Below the pieces are notes generated by a model. That model was given only the letters and a program-made list of their open reading frames with translations, searched no databases and was not told the origin of the DNA. A stretch of 64,000 nucleotides of DNA from Candidatus Latescibacterota bacterium (GTDB taxonomy: Bacteria; Latescibacterota; UBA2968; GCA-2709665): contig OZ244744.1 in assembly GCA_965219455.1 (NCBI GenBank), positions 4,224,001-4,288,000 on the forward strand. Reading direction: 5' to 3'. Positions within the stretch are counted from its first letter, which is position 1, and the number at the start of each line of letters is the position of its first letter. Positions 37,383 through 47,387 of the stretch are shown here, one piece after another. The position numbers and the translations under genes are program-made.

Positions 37383-38726
37383 ATGGGTGAGTTTACGGTT
37401 GCCCAAATGCGCGCGGACGCGGCGTTGATCTTTGAATCGGCGGTGGCGGCCGTGGATGCGCAGGAATGCGTAAAGCGATTCGTGAGACTGGATGGGCAGA
37501 CGCTTCGGATCGGGGGCGTAGACTACGATCTGGAAACCTTCGACCGTGTGCTGGTGGTCGGAACCGGCAAGGCGTCGCCACGGATGGGTGTGGCGCTCGA
37601 GGCGGAGCTGGGCGACCGGATTTCGGACGGGGTCGTCAATACCAAGTACGAGCATGCGGAGCCGCTGGACAGGATACGCATCGTGGAGTGCGGCCATCCC
37701 GTTCCCGATGAGGCGGGTGTTGAGGGTACGAGGAAAATTCTGTCAGCGCTGGAGGCGGCCGACGACCGGACCCTGGTGATTTGCCTGATATCAGGCGGGG
37801 GGTCGGCATTGATGCCCGCGCCTTCGGAGGGCATTTCGCTGCCGGATAAACAGGACACAACCCGGTTGCTGCTCGAATGTGGCGCCAATATCGTGGAGTT
37901 GAACGCGGTACGTAAACATCTGTCCAGGGTGAAGGGCGGAGGTCTCGCCCGTGCGGCGTTTCCGGCCACTGTGGTGTCCCTCATGTTGTCGGATGTCATC
38001 GGCGATCCCATGGACGTGATTGCATCGGGGCCGACGGTGCCCGATACGTCCACGTTCAAGACCTGTATGGAGATTTTTCGGAAGTACGAGGTTTCGAAAC
38101 GCCTGCCGGAAGCGGTGCGAGAGCGGTTCGAAGCGGGCGTGGCGGGAGAGATTCCGGAAACGCCGAAACCGGGAGGCGCGGTGCTGGAAAGATGCCAAAA
38201 CGTGGTTGTCGGCAGCAACGGTCTGGCGGTGGCTGCTGCCAACGAACGGGCTCGGGATCTGGGTTACAATACGCTGGTGTTGTCCACGCGCCTGGAGGGT
38301 GAGGCACGTGAGGTAGCGCACATATATTCGGCCATAGGCAAAGAAATACGCGTATCCGGAGTGCCTGTGACCGCGCCGGCCTGCGTGATCGCCGGCGGGG
38401 AAACAACGGTAACCGTTCGAGGAAACGGCAAGGGTGGACGCAACCAGGAACTGGTGCTAGCCGGCGCCATGCATCTGTCCGGATGGGACGGTACGGTACT
38501 GTTCAGCGGCGGGACGGATGGAACCGACGGTCCGACGGACGCGGCGGGGGCGATTGCGGATGCCGAAACGATCACACGCGCGGAATCTGCGGGGCTTTCT
38601 GCAATCGATTCGTTAAAGAACAACGACGCGTACCACTTCTTCAAACCGCTGGGCGATCTGGTGATGACGGGTCCGACGGGAACCAATGTCGCGGACGTGG
38701 CGTTTGTCATGGTTGGGGCGGCTTAG
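37383..38726 (+). CDS. Glycerate 2-kinase (TtuD/MOFRL family)
   Basis: GTGKAS, GHPVPD, LISGGGSAL, KGGGLA, SDVIGD, GGETTV, GGRNQE, GTDGTDG, TGPTGTNVAD. Confidence 0.93.
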   Translation: MGEFTVAQMRADAALIFESAVAAVDAQECVKRFVRLDGQTLRIGGVDYDLETFDRVLVVGTGKASPRMGVALEAELGDRISDGVVNTKYEHAEPLDRIRIVECGHPVPDEAGVEGTRKILSALEAADDRTLVICLISGGGSALMPAPSEGISLPDKQDTTRLLLECGANIVELNAVRKHLSRVKGGGLARAAFPATVVSLMLSDVIGDPMDVIASGPTVPDTSTFKTCMEIFRKYEVSKRLPEAVRERFEAGVAGEIPETPKPGGAVLERCQNVVVGSNGLAVAAANERARDLGYNTLVLSTRLEGEAREVAHIYSAIGKEIRVSGVPVTAPACVIAGGETTVTVRGNGKGGRNQELVLAGAMHLSGWDGTVLFSGGTDGTDGPTDAAGAIADAETITRAESAGLSAIDSLKNNDAYHFFKPLGDLVMTGPTGTNVADVAFVMVGAA

Positions 38727-38807
38727 CAGCCCGTTGAAACGCCTTCAGGCGGGCGCCCGGATCGCGACCCGTGGAAGAAGAGTCTCTTATTTGGCCCCCG
38801 ACTTTCT

Positions 38808-39695
38808 TCAGGTCTCCGAATTGACGATGGCGACGCCGATACCGACCAGCAGCACGCTGGCAAGAAGAGTCGCGGAGATGGCCTCTCCCAGCAGCAGGTC
38901 GCTGAACACAACGCCCACAACGGGCGTAACGAAACCGAACGCCCCCAGGCGACTGGCTCTGTAGCGTCGCAGGAGGGAAACGGATATAAGAAAACAAAAC
39001 CCGGCAACCACAAGACCCTGGTAGAAGATTGCGCCGACGATGTCAGGGCGGATGCCTGACGGGATCTGGTTTTCGAGGAAGGCGCTGAGCAGGATGAATA
39101 CGGGCAGGCTGAGGGCGGCTTGCCATAACAGAAGACGGGCGGGATGGATGTATTGGGTGAGCTTCTTGGTGTAGACCTGCCGGGCGCCGAGCAGCAGCCC
39201 GCTCATTAGAACCATCACATCGCCCGGCAGATAGCCGAGGTCGCCCCTTGAGAGGCTTTCGGCAAAGACGAGCACCACCCCCAGGAACGAGAGGGTCATA
39301 CCGGTAATTTTGAGGCGGCTGAGCCGGTCTCCGGGCATGAACAGGTGGGCGAAGACGGCGGTAAAAAAAGGGTAAGTGGAGATGAAGACGGTTGAACGAC
39401 CAGCCGTCGTGAAATGCGTGCCGGCGTTAAGCAGGTAGATCTGTGCGATAAAGAGCAGAACCAGTTGAAACAGACCTCTTCTTTCGCCGGACCCGGGGCG
39501 GAGGGGGATGCGGGCGTAGATTGCCCATAGCATTACAGCCATCCCGCCCAGAAGAAAGCGGGCGGCAGCCAGGGCCAGCGGAGGCAGGCCGTCCAGGGCG
39601 ACTTTGATGGCGATGGAGTTGCCGCCCCACAGGATGGCCGTAAGCAGGGCGAGGCTTCCGGCCTGAAGGGTGAGGCGCTCGTTGAGCACGATCAC
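38808..39695 (-). CDS. DMT/EamA-family transporter
   Basis: LLTAILWGGN...PPLALAAARF; about 10 TM segments in two repeats; GTG start overlaps the upstream stop codon. Confidence 0.88.
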   Translation of the reverse strand: MIVLNERLTLQAGSLALLTAILWGGNSIAIKVALDGLPPLALAAARFLLGGMAVMLWAIYARIPLRPGSGERRGLFQLVLLFIAQIYLLNAGTHFTTAGRSTVFISTYPFFTAVFAHLFMPGDRLSRLKITGMTLSFLGVVLVFAESLSRGDLGYLPGDVMVLMSGLLLGARQVYTKKLTQYIHPARLLLWQAALSLPVFILLSAFLENQIPSGIRPDIVGAIFYQGLVVAGFCFLISVSLLRRYRASRLGAFGFVTPVVGVVFSDLLLGEAISATLLASVLLVGIGVAIVNSET

Positions 39696-40315
39696 GGCGC
39701 CGGTTTCCGGTCGGCGGGATAGCGCCGACGCACGAGAAAGTAACCGACGCCGAGCGGCAGAAGAAGCCAGGCGACTTGCAGGACGCCGATTGCGGTACCC
39801 AGCTGCCCGAACGCCCCGCAGAGGATGAGCAGATTGCAGACATATTTCCCTGCGGGTGGATCGCTGGAAATGTTGATCCGGCGGAGGAGACGATCGAACC
39901 GTACCCGACGTATGCTCTTGAGGTGGTTTCCGGCGAGGATGGCGGTGAGCGAGAGCAGGCCGGCAAAGAGGTTTGCCCCGCGGTCTACCCACCCGAGACC
40001 GATGCCCAGCAAGAGGAAATGGCTGTATCCGAACAGGAGGACCGCGCCGTTGCGGAACGGATCGTAAAGTCCGATCTCTTTCAGCTGGCGCACGCGGGTC
40101 CTGTCGGCATATGGGATCAAACGGAAGAAGATATATACGAGCGTCATTGCCCCGGGATGAAGAAAGACGCCCACCCGTTTGTTCAGCTCCGCGTCGATGC
40201 GTCCGTACGCGTCCCAGTGTACCGGAATCCGTTCCGGAAGATGGTCATACGCCAGATAGTTCGCCACAAGTGAGAGCAGTATGGCGGCAATGGGATCCCG
40301 TTGAAGGACGCTCAT
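39692..40315 (-). CDS. DUF1648/SdpI-like membrane protein
   Basis: YDHLPERIPVHWDAYGRID motif and several TM segments. Confidence 0.8.
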   Translation of the reverse strand: MSVLQRDPIAAILLSLVANYLAYDHLPERIPVHWDAYGRIDAELNKRVGVFLHPGAMTLVYIFFRLIPYADRTRVRQLKEIGLYDPFRNGAVLLFGYSHFLLLGIGLGWVDRGANLFAGLLSLTAILAGNHLKSIRRVRFDRLLRRINISSDPPAGKYVCNLLILCGAFGQLGTAIGVLQVAWLLLPLGVGYFLVRRRYPADRKPAP

Positions 40316-40586
40316 ACGAAGGAAACAGGGGGTTCAAGGGCGTTATCGCCGCTGTCTGGAGATGAGGGCGAAAGTCGCCTGCCGTGGCGGGGAATGCACT
40401 CTCGCCCTGAGGTCGAGGAGTCGACGAGCAGAAGGACGGGCACCGCTGCGGCGGCGTGAATCGAAAGCCTCAGGATTATAGCGGGATTCCTGGAGCTTGT
40501 CAAGGTATTCGCGGATAAGGGGAACCGGAACAATTCAGGGTCATCAGAATAGCATTCGAATATGCTTCTCAAATGGAGGCGGTCGG

Positions 40587-42218
40587 TTGAAACGGACGAT
40601 TATCGTTATTTGTTGCCTGGTATTGTGGAATGAAGGCGCGGCTGCCAGGGATTTCCTGGCGGAGATCGGCGCTCATGGCGCTCGGGGCCGAGCCGATTCT
40701 GCACTGGTCACGGCGCGGTTGTTCACAAAGACGTTTCCGGATAGCGCCAATGCTCATGGCGTCCTCGGCATGGTATTCGCGCAGATGGGACAGGCCCGGG
40801 GCGCTATCGGGGCCTTTGAGAAGGCGATTGAGTTAGGGCCGAATCTTGAAGCGCCGTACGACGCGCTCTTCAGGATTCACGCACAACTCAGCAGGGGTCG
40901 GGAGGCGCTGGAGGTGTTGAATAAGGGGTTGCGGCAGATTCCGAATTCCGTCCTTTTGCTGATGGACAGGGCAATGCTGTATCAGGAGGTCGGTAATCCG
41001 GGGCTTGCGGTGCAGGACCTCAGGGCTGCGATTTCGTTGGATCCTCAAAATATCGAAGCATACCAGTCTCTGGCGGGGTTGCATGTCGCGCTCAAGGACC
41101 CCGATAAAGCGCTTTCGGTTTTCGACCAGGGATTGAAGAACAACCCTGAGAGTGTTGTATTGATGATCAATCAGGGGCAGATCTACGGAGCAATGGGTAG
41201 ACCTCAGGGTGCGATTCGGCTGTACGAGCGTGCAATAATGGTGCTCGAAAAGGCATTGGAGAAGACGCCGAACGACGTTTCCCTGCTGGTAAACAAGGGG
41301 GCTATCTTCCATTCGATGCGGCGGACTGTGGAAGCCTTCACCGCCTACCGGCAGGCGGCTACCGTGGCGCCGGACGATCCTGAAGTACACAGGTCCATGG
41401 GTCAGATGGCGGCCGAGGTAGACTCGCTGGACGTTGCCCGGGAGGCGTGGGAGAAAGTGGCGCAGTTGGTGCCGGGCGATCTGGATACACGCTCCGCGCT
41501 CGCCAGGCTGTATACCGTTCAGCAGAATTGGGACCGGGCCCTGAACGAGTATCGGTTGATTATGGAAATAGCGCCCGAGGCGGAACGGGCGCGCCTTCAG
41601 TACGGCATCGCGCAGGTCTATCTGCAGAAGGGAGACATCGAACAGGCAAAGAAGGCGCTGGAAGCGACAATTCAGTTGAATCCGGACATTCTGGAGCCCT
41701 ATGGAGATCTTGCCTTGATTTATGCGGGACAGCAGGACCTCGACTCTGCTCTTGAGGTGTACAATAGGGCATTGGCGGTGGATTCCACCAATGCGGGTGT
41801 GCATTACAATATGGGCCTTGCCCTCACGTCAAGGCAGGAGTTTGATCGGGCGACGCGTGCGTTTGCCAAGGCCATAGCCTTCAGTCCGAACGAAGAAATC
41901 GGACGGGCGGCCCAGATGAAGATTGACGAGATCGAGGGGATTCAGTCAGGGAAGCTATGGGTGTACCATATCCTGGTGGAAACTGAAGCGGAGGCCCAGG
42001 AAGTTCTCGAAAAGCTGAGGGCGGGTGAAGATTTCAGAGTACTGGCCCGTGAACATTCCAATGATTCTTCAGCGGAGATTGGGGGCGATCTGGGTTTTTT
42101 TTCACCAGGCGATTTGAATCCGGCGTTTGAGGAAGCGGTGCTGAAATTGCGGGTGGGTGAGACCAGCGGGGTCGTTCAGACACCCGTGGGATATCACATT
42201 ATCAGGCGGCTGAACTGA
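40587..42218 (+). CDS. Exported TPR-repeat protein with C-terminal parvulin-type PPIase domain
   Basis: GGAGG ribosome-binding site and TTG start; many TPRs; HILV...FRVLAREHSND...GGDLGFF...FEEAV...VQTPVGYHII. Confidence 0.88.
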   Translation: MKRTIIVICCLVLWNEGAAARDFLAEIGAHGARGRADSALVTARLFTKTFPDSANAHGVLGMVFAQMGQARGAIGAFEKAIELGPNLEAPYDALFRIHAQLSRGREALEVLNKGLRQIPNSVLLLMDRAMLYQEVGNPGLAVQDLRAAISLDPQNIEAYQSLAGLHVALKDPDKALSVFDQGLKNNPESVVLMINQGQIYGAMGRPQGAIRLYERAIMVLEKALEKTPNDVSLLVNKGAIFHSMRRTVEAFTAYRQAATVAPDDPEVHRSMGQMAAEVDSLDVAREAWEKVAQLVPGDLDTRSALARLYTVQQNWDRALNEYRLIMEIAPEAERARLQYGIAQVYLQKGDIEQAKKALEATIQLNPDILEPYGDLALIYAGQQDLDSALEVYNRALAVDSTNAGVHYNMGLALTSRQEFDRATRAFAKAIAFSPNEEIGRAAQMKIDEIEGIQSGKLWVYHILVETEAEAQEVLEKLRAGEDFRVLAREHSNDSSAEIGGDLGFFSPGDLNPAFEEAVLKLRVGETSGVVQTPVGYHIIRRLN

Positions 42219-43474
42219 TGGCTGAGCGTTTCGCAAAAACGGGCGACGAGGCCGGTGTATCGTCGCCCGTTTTGTGCGCCGGAAAGGGCGGAAAGCGAGT
42301 AAGGGTGCTTTTCCTGACGGGATGTACGGGGCGGGGAGGAGCCGGGAATAGTCTCTTTTATCTATTAAAACATCTCGATCCTTCGGTGTTTGAGCCCGTG
42401 GTCGTGATGCCCAACGAAGGCGTGTTGAAGAGGCGGCTCGTGGAGAACCGGATCCGATACCGTATTGAGCCCCGGCTGAAGGAACGTCTTGCGGAGATGC
42501 GATTCCAGAGTCAGAGCCGCTTCTGCAGAATGGCGTCCGTGGTTCTGAACGCGATCGACAGCGTGCGGTTTACGTTGGATCTGATTCGCATGGTCTCCCG
42601 AGAGCGTGTTGCGTTGATTTATTGCAACCAGATGATGGTGAAACTGATGGGCACCGTGGCCGGTATGGCGTGCGGAACTCCGGTCGTCTGGCACTGCCGT
42701 ACGCTTTACGGTAAGGCCTTCAGAGGCTGGTTTTTCGACTGGCTCGCGCGGTCTGAGAGCGTGACGAGAATTATCGCCGTATCCGAGGCGTGCGCGGGAA
42801 ATTTCCCGTCGGCTAAAGCGAAGGTACGTGTTGTGTACAATGGCGCGGACCTGGTCAGTTTCGACCCGGAGAGAGTTCGGGGGTGTGTGCGCCGGATGTA
42901 CCGAATTGGACCGGACGAAGTGGTGTTGGGCTTCGTCGGTCGTATCGTAAAATGGAAGGGTATCGATACGCTGCTTTCGGCGATGGAGCATGTACTGGCC
43001 CGGCGTAAGGACGTGGTTCTGGTGGTTGTTGGCGGGAGCCCGCAGCGGTCGTTGAACTTGCTGGATCGTTATCGTCACAAGGTGGCGAACGGGCGATATG
43101 CGGGCCGGGTTCTCTTTACGGGATTTCGTACCGACGTCAGACCGTATTTGAAGGATATGGATGTCACACTTGTGCCGTCCGTGGCGCCCGATCCCTGTCC
43201 GCGAAGCGTTATCGAATCTCTGGCGCTGGGCACACCGGTGGTTGGATCTGCAATCGGCGGTGTTCCGGAGTTGATCCGGGATGGTTACAACGGATTTCTG
43301 GTGAAGCCAAACGACGTCACCGGGCTGGCGGAGACCATCCTCAGGGTGATTGAGAATAGGGAATTGCGTCAACGAATGGGTTCGGCCGCCCGCGATTCCG
43401 CGGTTCAACGGCACGATGCAGTCGAAGTAGCCCGACGTGTGCAGGCCGTGATGTTTGAAGCGCTGGGGGTCTAG
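42218..43474 (+). CDS. Glycosyltransferase family 4 (GT-B fold)
   Basis: GGAG, VVYNG, FVGRIVKWKG, DPCPRSVIESLALGTPVV, GGVPELI. Confidence 0.92.
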   Translation: MAERFAKTGDEAGVSSPVLCAGKGGKRVRVLFLTGCTGRGGAGNSLFYLLKHLDPSVFEPVVVMPNEGVLKRRLVENRIRYRIEPRLKERLAEMRFQSQSRFCRMASVVLNAIDSVRFTLDLIRMVSRERVALIYCNQMMVKLMGTVAGMACGTPVVWHCRTLYGKAFRGWFFDWLARSESVTRIIAVSEACAGNFPSAKAKVRVVYNGADLVSFDPERVRGCVRRMYRIGPDEVVLGFVGRIVKWKGIDTLLSAMEHVLARRKDVVLVVVGGSPQRSLNLLDRYRHKVANGRYAGRVLFTGFRTDVRPYLKDMDVTLVPSVAPDPCPRSVIESLALGTPVVGSAIGGVPELIRDGYNGFLVKPNDVTGLAETILRVIENRELRQRMGSAARDSAVQRHDAVEVARRVQAVMFEALGV

Positions 43475-43638
43475 TGTCCCGTCCCAGAAATATGTCACCA
43501 TTCTTCCGCCGATTCATCACGTCTCGCTGCGTTCCCGTTGCTCGCCGACCTTGCCCAGGTCGCCTCGCTCAGGCGCCTTGCGAGCCGGGCGACTCGACGG
43601 CCGAATTTACGCAATCTATTTCCGGGACAGAACACTAG
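43471..43638 (+). mobile_element. 168-bp MITE-like element, full copy bounded by CTAG; its TAG is the GT4 stop codon
   Basis: CTAGTGTCCCGTCCCAGAAATA ... TATTTCCGGGACAGAACACTAG (19/22 inverted-repeat match). Confidence 0.88.
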
Positions 43639-43810
43639 AGATGTGTCGCAGGTTCACTTTTTCATGGCACGGCTTTCGCTGTTAATGTACAGATTCTGCA
43701 ATCGAAAAAGCCCAGGTCGAATGAAGCTATCTTTAATATATACAACTATTTTTCTGCTTTTTGTGCACAAAATGACACGTCGTTTATCCGGGAGGGTGAC
43801 GGGAGAGGCG

Positions 43811-45190
43811 TTGCAATTTCTCCACACATGTAGTAAAAGTTCACACCGGGTAAGGCTTTCCGCTTCAATTGTCCTGATCTGCGTGACGGGGATCGGTATC
43901 CGTCCGTGTTATTCCGATTCCGGACCGGGTCGATACGATCTCGTCGTGTGCGTTCGGTTGGCGGTCGCGTCGAGTCCCTCCATTCATGCCGCCGAGGCGG
44001 ATCTGGAGATCGCTGAGAATCGGCTTAGACAGGTACATGCCGCGCGATTTCTTCCCCGTTTGGATCTGACCTGGATATTTGGACCGTCGCCGGAGGCTCG
44101 GGGCGACGCCATTACCGGGGTCAGCAATTGGCGGCGGATGAGTGTGTTTTCGAGAACCGAACTGTCGTTGGTTCAGCCACTTTTCACCTTTGGCAAACTC
44201 GAGGCGGCCGTAGAAGCCGCATCCGGCGGCATCGGTGCGCGCCGCGCCGGACTGACCAGATCCCGATTCGACCTGGAGCGGCAGGTAGCCAGGGCCTACT
44301 ATCTGCTGTTATTGGCAAATCAGCTCCGGGCCCTGGCGAGTGAGTCGCGGATGGAAATTGACAGGGCGCGGCGAACGATCGCCGAAAAGCTGGAAGCGGA
44401 TACAGGGGATTTTACGTATACCGATCTGTACCGGATTGACAGGTTTGTATACGACGTGGAGGAAAATGCAAATAAGGTCGTCAAGAGCCAGGCGCTCGCA
44501 CGGTCCGCGTTGCGTGTCCTCGTGGGGCTTTCTCAGTCAGACTCCCTTGTTCTCGCCGACGGGAGTCTGAAACCGCTTGACGTCCAGATCCGTCCACTCG
44601 AACACTATCTGTCGCTGGTCGAGGCTCGACCGGATCTGGGGCAACTTCGGGAGGGGTTACGGGTGCGGTCGGCACAGGTGCGCGCCATCCGAACCGATTT
44701 GTTTCCACAGGTCTTTCTCGCCGGCCAGTTTAAATACGGTTATGCGCCGAACAGGGACCGGCAGCGGAATCCCTTCCTGAAAGACGAGTTTAATGTTACA
44801 GAGTTGGGCGCCGTCCTTGGCTTTCGGCAGTCACTGTCTTTCGCGAGCACGACAGCAAGGGTGAAAGAAGCCCGTCTGGCCTATGAAAAACTCAGCTATC
44901 AGGCGCAACTGGCAGTGCGTGGCGCCCGGCTGGAGATCGAACGCGCCTATCGGTCGCTCATTGAGGCGGAAGCCAATATCAGGGCGGCACGAGTAGCCCG
45001 ACGGGCAACAAGGCTGTGGTTTATTTCGGCGAGAGATGGATTCAACGCCGGGCTGGAGGAGGCGGGGGAGATGGTCGATGCGGTCAAGGAATATGGCATT
45101 ATCCGCGCCAGGTATTATCAGGCTGTGTTGGAGTTCAATCTGGCCTGGGCGGCATTGAGGCGTGCTACGGGAACCTCGATTCTGGAGTAA
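43811..45190 (+). CDS. TolC-family outer-membrane efflux protein
   Basis: AVASSPSI, ARFLPRLDL, LVQPLFTFGK, VARAYY, RPDL, two-repeat OEP architecture; start codon uncertain. Confidence 0.85.
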   Translation: MQFLHTCSKSSHRVRLSASIVLICVTGIGIRPCYSDSGPGRYDLVVCVRLAVASSPSIHAAEADLEIAENRLRQVHAARFLPRLDLTWIFGPSPEARGDAITGVSNWRRMSVFSRTELSLVQPLFTFGKLEAAVEAASGGIGARRAGLTRSRFDLERQVARAYYLLLLANQLRALASESRMEIDRARRTIAEKLEADTGDFTYTDLYRIDRFVYDVEENANKVVKSQALARSALRVLVGLSQSDSLVLADGSLKPLDVQIRPLEHYLSLVEARPDLGQLREGLRVRSAQVRAIRTDLFPQVFLAGQFKYGYAPNRDRQRNPFLKDEFNVTELGAVLGFRQSLSFASTTARVKEARLAYEKLSYQAQLAVRGARLEIERAYRSLIEAEANIRAARVARRATRLWFISARDGFNAGLEEAGEMVDAVKEYGIIRARYYQAVLEFNLAWAALRRATGTSILE

Positions 45191-45204
45191 AAGGGGAGAG
45201 CGAC

Positions 45205-46644
45205 ATGGTAAATAAGGCAGTGATTATTGCTGCCGGTATGGGCAGCCGCTTAAACGGGCACGGATGCGGCCGGCCAAAACCGCTGGTGAAAGTGGCCGGC
45301 GTCGGGCTGCTGAAGCGGGCTATATTGACCGCGAAACGGGCAGGGATCATCGAGTTTGCCATTGTTATCGGTTTTCGAGGCAATGAAATACGCGAGGCCA
45401 TTGCAAACGATCCGCAGATCGACGTACACATAGATTGGGTTGAAAACCCGGAATGGACGCGTGGCAACGGCGTTTCCGTTCTGAAAGCCCGGGATTTTGT
45501 GGAGGGCCCATTTCTTCTGTTGATGGCAGACCACTTGTTCGAATCGCAAGTAATCACCCGTATGCGGCGCATGTTGCTGAGCACCGGCGAATCGGCGTTG
45601 TGCGTTGATACCAGGCTGCACCGGATTCAGGATCTGGACGATGCCACCAAAGTCGTCCTGGAAGGCGACCGGATTCTGGAGATCGGAAAAGCGCTGGGCC
45701 ATTACGACGCGGTGGATACCGGTATTTTTCTCTGCAGTCACGCGCTATTTGACGGACTTGAGCATTCTGTTGCACAGGGTGACGAAACACTCTCTGGAGG
45801 TGTCCGCGTCCTGGCTTCTTGCGGAAACATGCGTGCGGTGGAAATCGATGGACTGTTCTGGCAGGATGTGGATACACCGGAAGCATTGCACCAGGGAGAA
45901 AAGGCGTTGTTCGGCCAGTTGGGCAAACCGACCGATGGGATTGTATCGCGCCATTTCAACCGCAAAATCTCCTCCTGGATCTCCAGATTATTGGTAAGAA
46001 CGCCGGTGACGCCCAATCAGATTTCGATTGCCGCAATGATGGTGACCTTTCTTGCGGGCTGGGCGATGGCGGAAGGAGGCTATTTTTACGTGGCGCTGGG
46101 CGGGCTGCTGTTCCAGTTTGCGTCCATTGCGGACGGCTGCGACGGGGAGATCGCCAAGCTCAAGTTTGCGGGATCCCGCATGGGGGAATGGCTGGATACG
46201 GTGGCCGATAACGTCTCGTATCTGGCATTTTTCTCGGGTGTCATATACGGCACGTACAAATTGACCGGAGAACCGGTTCTGATCGCCCTGGGATGCGTTG
46301 CCCTTGCACTGGACGTATTGGCAGTCTTGTTCATCTGCGTTTACCTGAAGCAGAGCGGGTCGGGCAGTATCGTCAGCTTCAATATGGGGTTTTCAAGCGA
46401 GGTTCCGGAAGAGCGTCGCGGACATTTGCACCGGATATATTGTGGACTGAAGTTCGCGTGTCGTCGAGACTTCTTCGCGGCTTTGTTCTGTGTCCTGGCG
46501 GGTTTGAATTGCCTCGAGGCGATCTTCTGGATCTTTGTGCTCGGTTCCGGCCTGGTTGTGAGCGCCGTTTTCGGATTTATTGGACATATTATGCGAACCC
46601 GCACGACGGAAGCGGATAAGCTGGTTTCAGGAAAGGCGGATTGA
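45205..46644 (+). CDS. Bifunctional nucleotidyltransferase / CDP-alcohol phosphotransferase (IPCT/DIPPS-like)
   Basis: AAGMGSRL...PKPL, GNGVS, MADH, DTG, WQDVDTPE, followed by TPNQIS and DGCDGEIAK...GEWLDTVAD (the CDP-alcohol phosphotransferase motif). Confidence 0.9.
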   Translation: MVNKAVIIAAGMGSRLNGHGCGRPKPLVKVAGVGLLKRAILTAKRAGIIEFAIVIGFRGNEIREAIANDPQIDVHIDWVENPEWTRGNGVSVLKARDFVEGPFLLLMADHLFESQVITRMRRMLLSTGESALCVDTRLHRIQDLDDATKVVLEGDRILEIGKALGHYDAVDTGIFLCSHALFDGLEHSVAQGDETLSGGVRVLASCGNMRAVEIDGLFWQDVDTPEALHQGEKALFGQLGKPTDGIVSRHFNRKISSWISRLLVRTPVTPNQISIAAMMVTFLAGWAMAEGGYFYVALGGLLFQFASIADGCDGEIAKLKFAGSRMGEWLDTVADNVSYLAFFSGVIYGTYKLTGEPVLIALGCVALALDVLAVLFICVYLKQSGSGSIVSFNMGFSSEVPEERRGHLHRIYCGLKFACRRDFFAALFCVLAGLNCLEAIFWIFVLGSGLVVSAVFGFIGHIMRTRTTEADKLVSGKAD

Positions 46645-46759
46645 CGGAGGAGATGTATGTACGCAAATCATGGGAAGAATAGAACGGGTATCGAGCCGGC
46701 AGGGGAGGTGTCCTTCTGCCGGATCGTTTTATTTCTGGCCTCAAAAGGAACTGGCTAAA

Positions 46760-47383
46760 ATGAGAATATTGTTATATATTTTTGTGTTTTATGCTTTTGT
46801 TGGGTTTAGAGGGGACGGCTCCGCCTGGGGTGCGGACCAGGCGGGAATGCTCCTTGAGATGATGAAGACACGGGACAAGTCAATAAAGGCAATTGTGAAT
46901 TCGGAATCAGAGGGAGAGACCGCTGAGGAACGCGAGAAGCTGAAGACGATTGTCGAAGAAATGTTCGATTTTCACCGCTTCAGCAGGGTTGCGCTGGGTC
47001 GTCATTGGCAACGGCGCACCGAGGCCGAGCAGTCTGAATTTGCGGACCTCTGCCGTCGCCTGATCGTCAAAAACTACGCTGATCCGAAACTCTATACGAA
47101 ATCCGAGAAAATTGAATATGCGGGTTCGAACGTCGACAGTACGGAAGGTCTCGTGAGGACCGTCGTGCACTACAAGGATGAGCAGAGCAACATTAACTAT
47201 AAACTCCATCCGGTTGACGAAAAATGGCTGGTTTACGATATGGTAATTGACGATTTGAGTGTTGCCAGAAACAATCGATCGCAATTTTACAAGGAAATTC
47301 GCAAGTCGTCGTACGAGGGTCTTGTAAAGAAACTGAGGGATAAGCTCAACGAGGACGATGCCAACGGGAAAGGGAAGGACTGA
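46760..47383 (+). CDS. MlaC/Ttg2D (HpnM-like) periplasmic lipid-binding protein
   Basis: FDFHRFSRVALGRHW...EQSEF, WLVYDMVIDDLSVARNNRSQF...GLVKKL. Confidence 0.88.
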   Translation: MRILLYIFVFYAFVGFRGDGSAWGADQAGMLLEMMKTRDKSIKAIVNSESEGETAEEREKLKTIVEEMFDFHRFSRVALGRHWQRRTEAEQSEFADLCRRLIVKNYADPKLYTKSEKIEYAGSNVDSTEGLVRTVVHYKDEQSNINYKLHPVDEKWLVYDMVIDDLSVARNNRSQFYKEIRKSSYEGLVKKLRDKLNEDDANGKGKD

Positions 47384-47387
47384 TTTC

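Noticed and set aside
43538-43810. Long N-terminal extension of TolC in the ORF track
   Set aside because: It begins inside the MITE (the same peptide MLADLAQ...RATRRPN appears at other copies), so it is a translation artefact.
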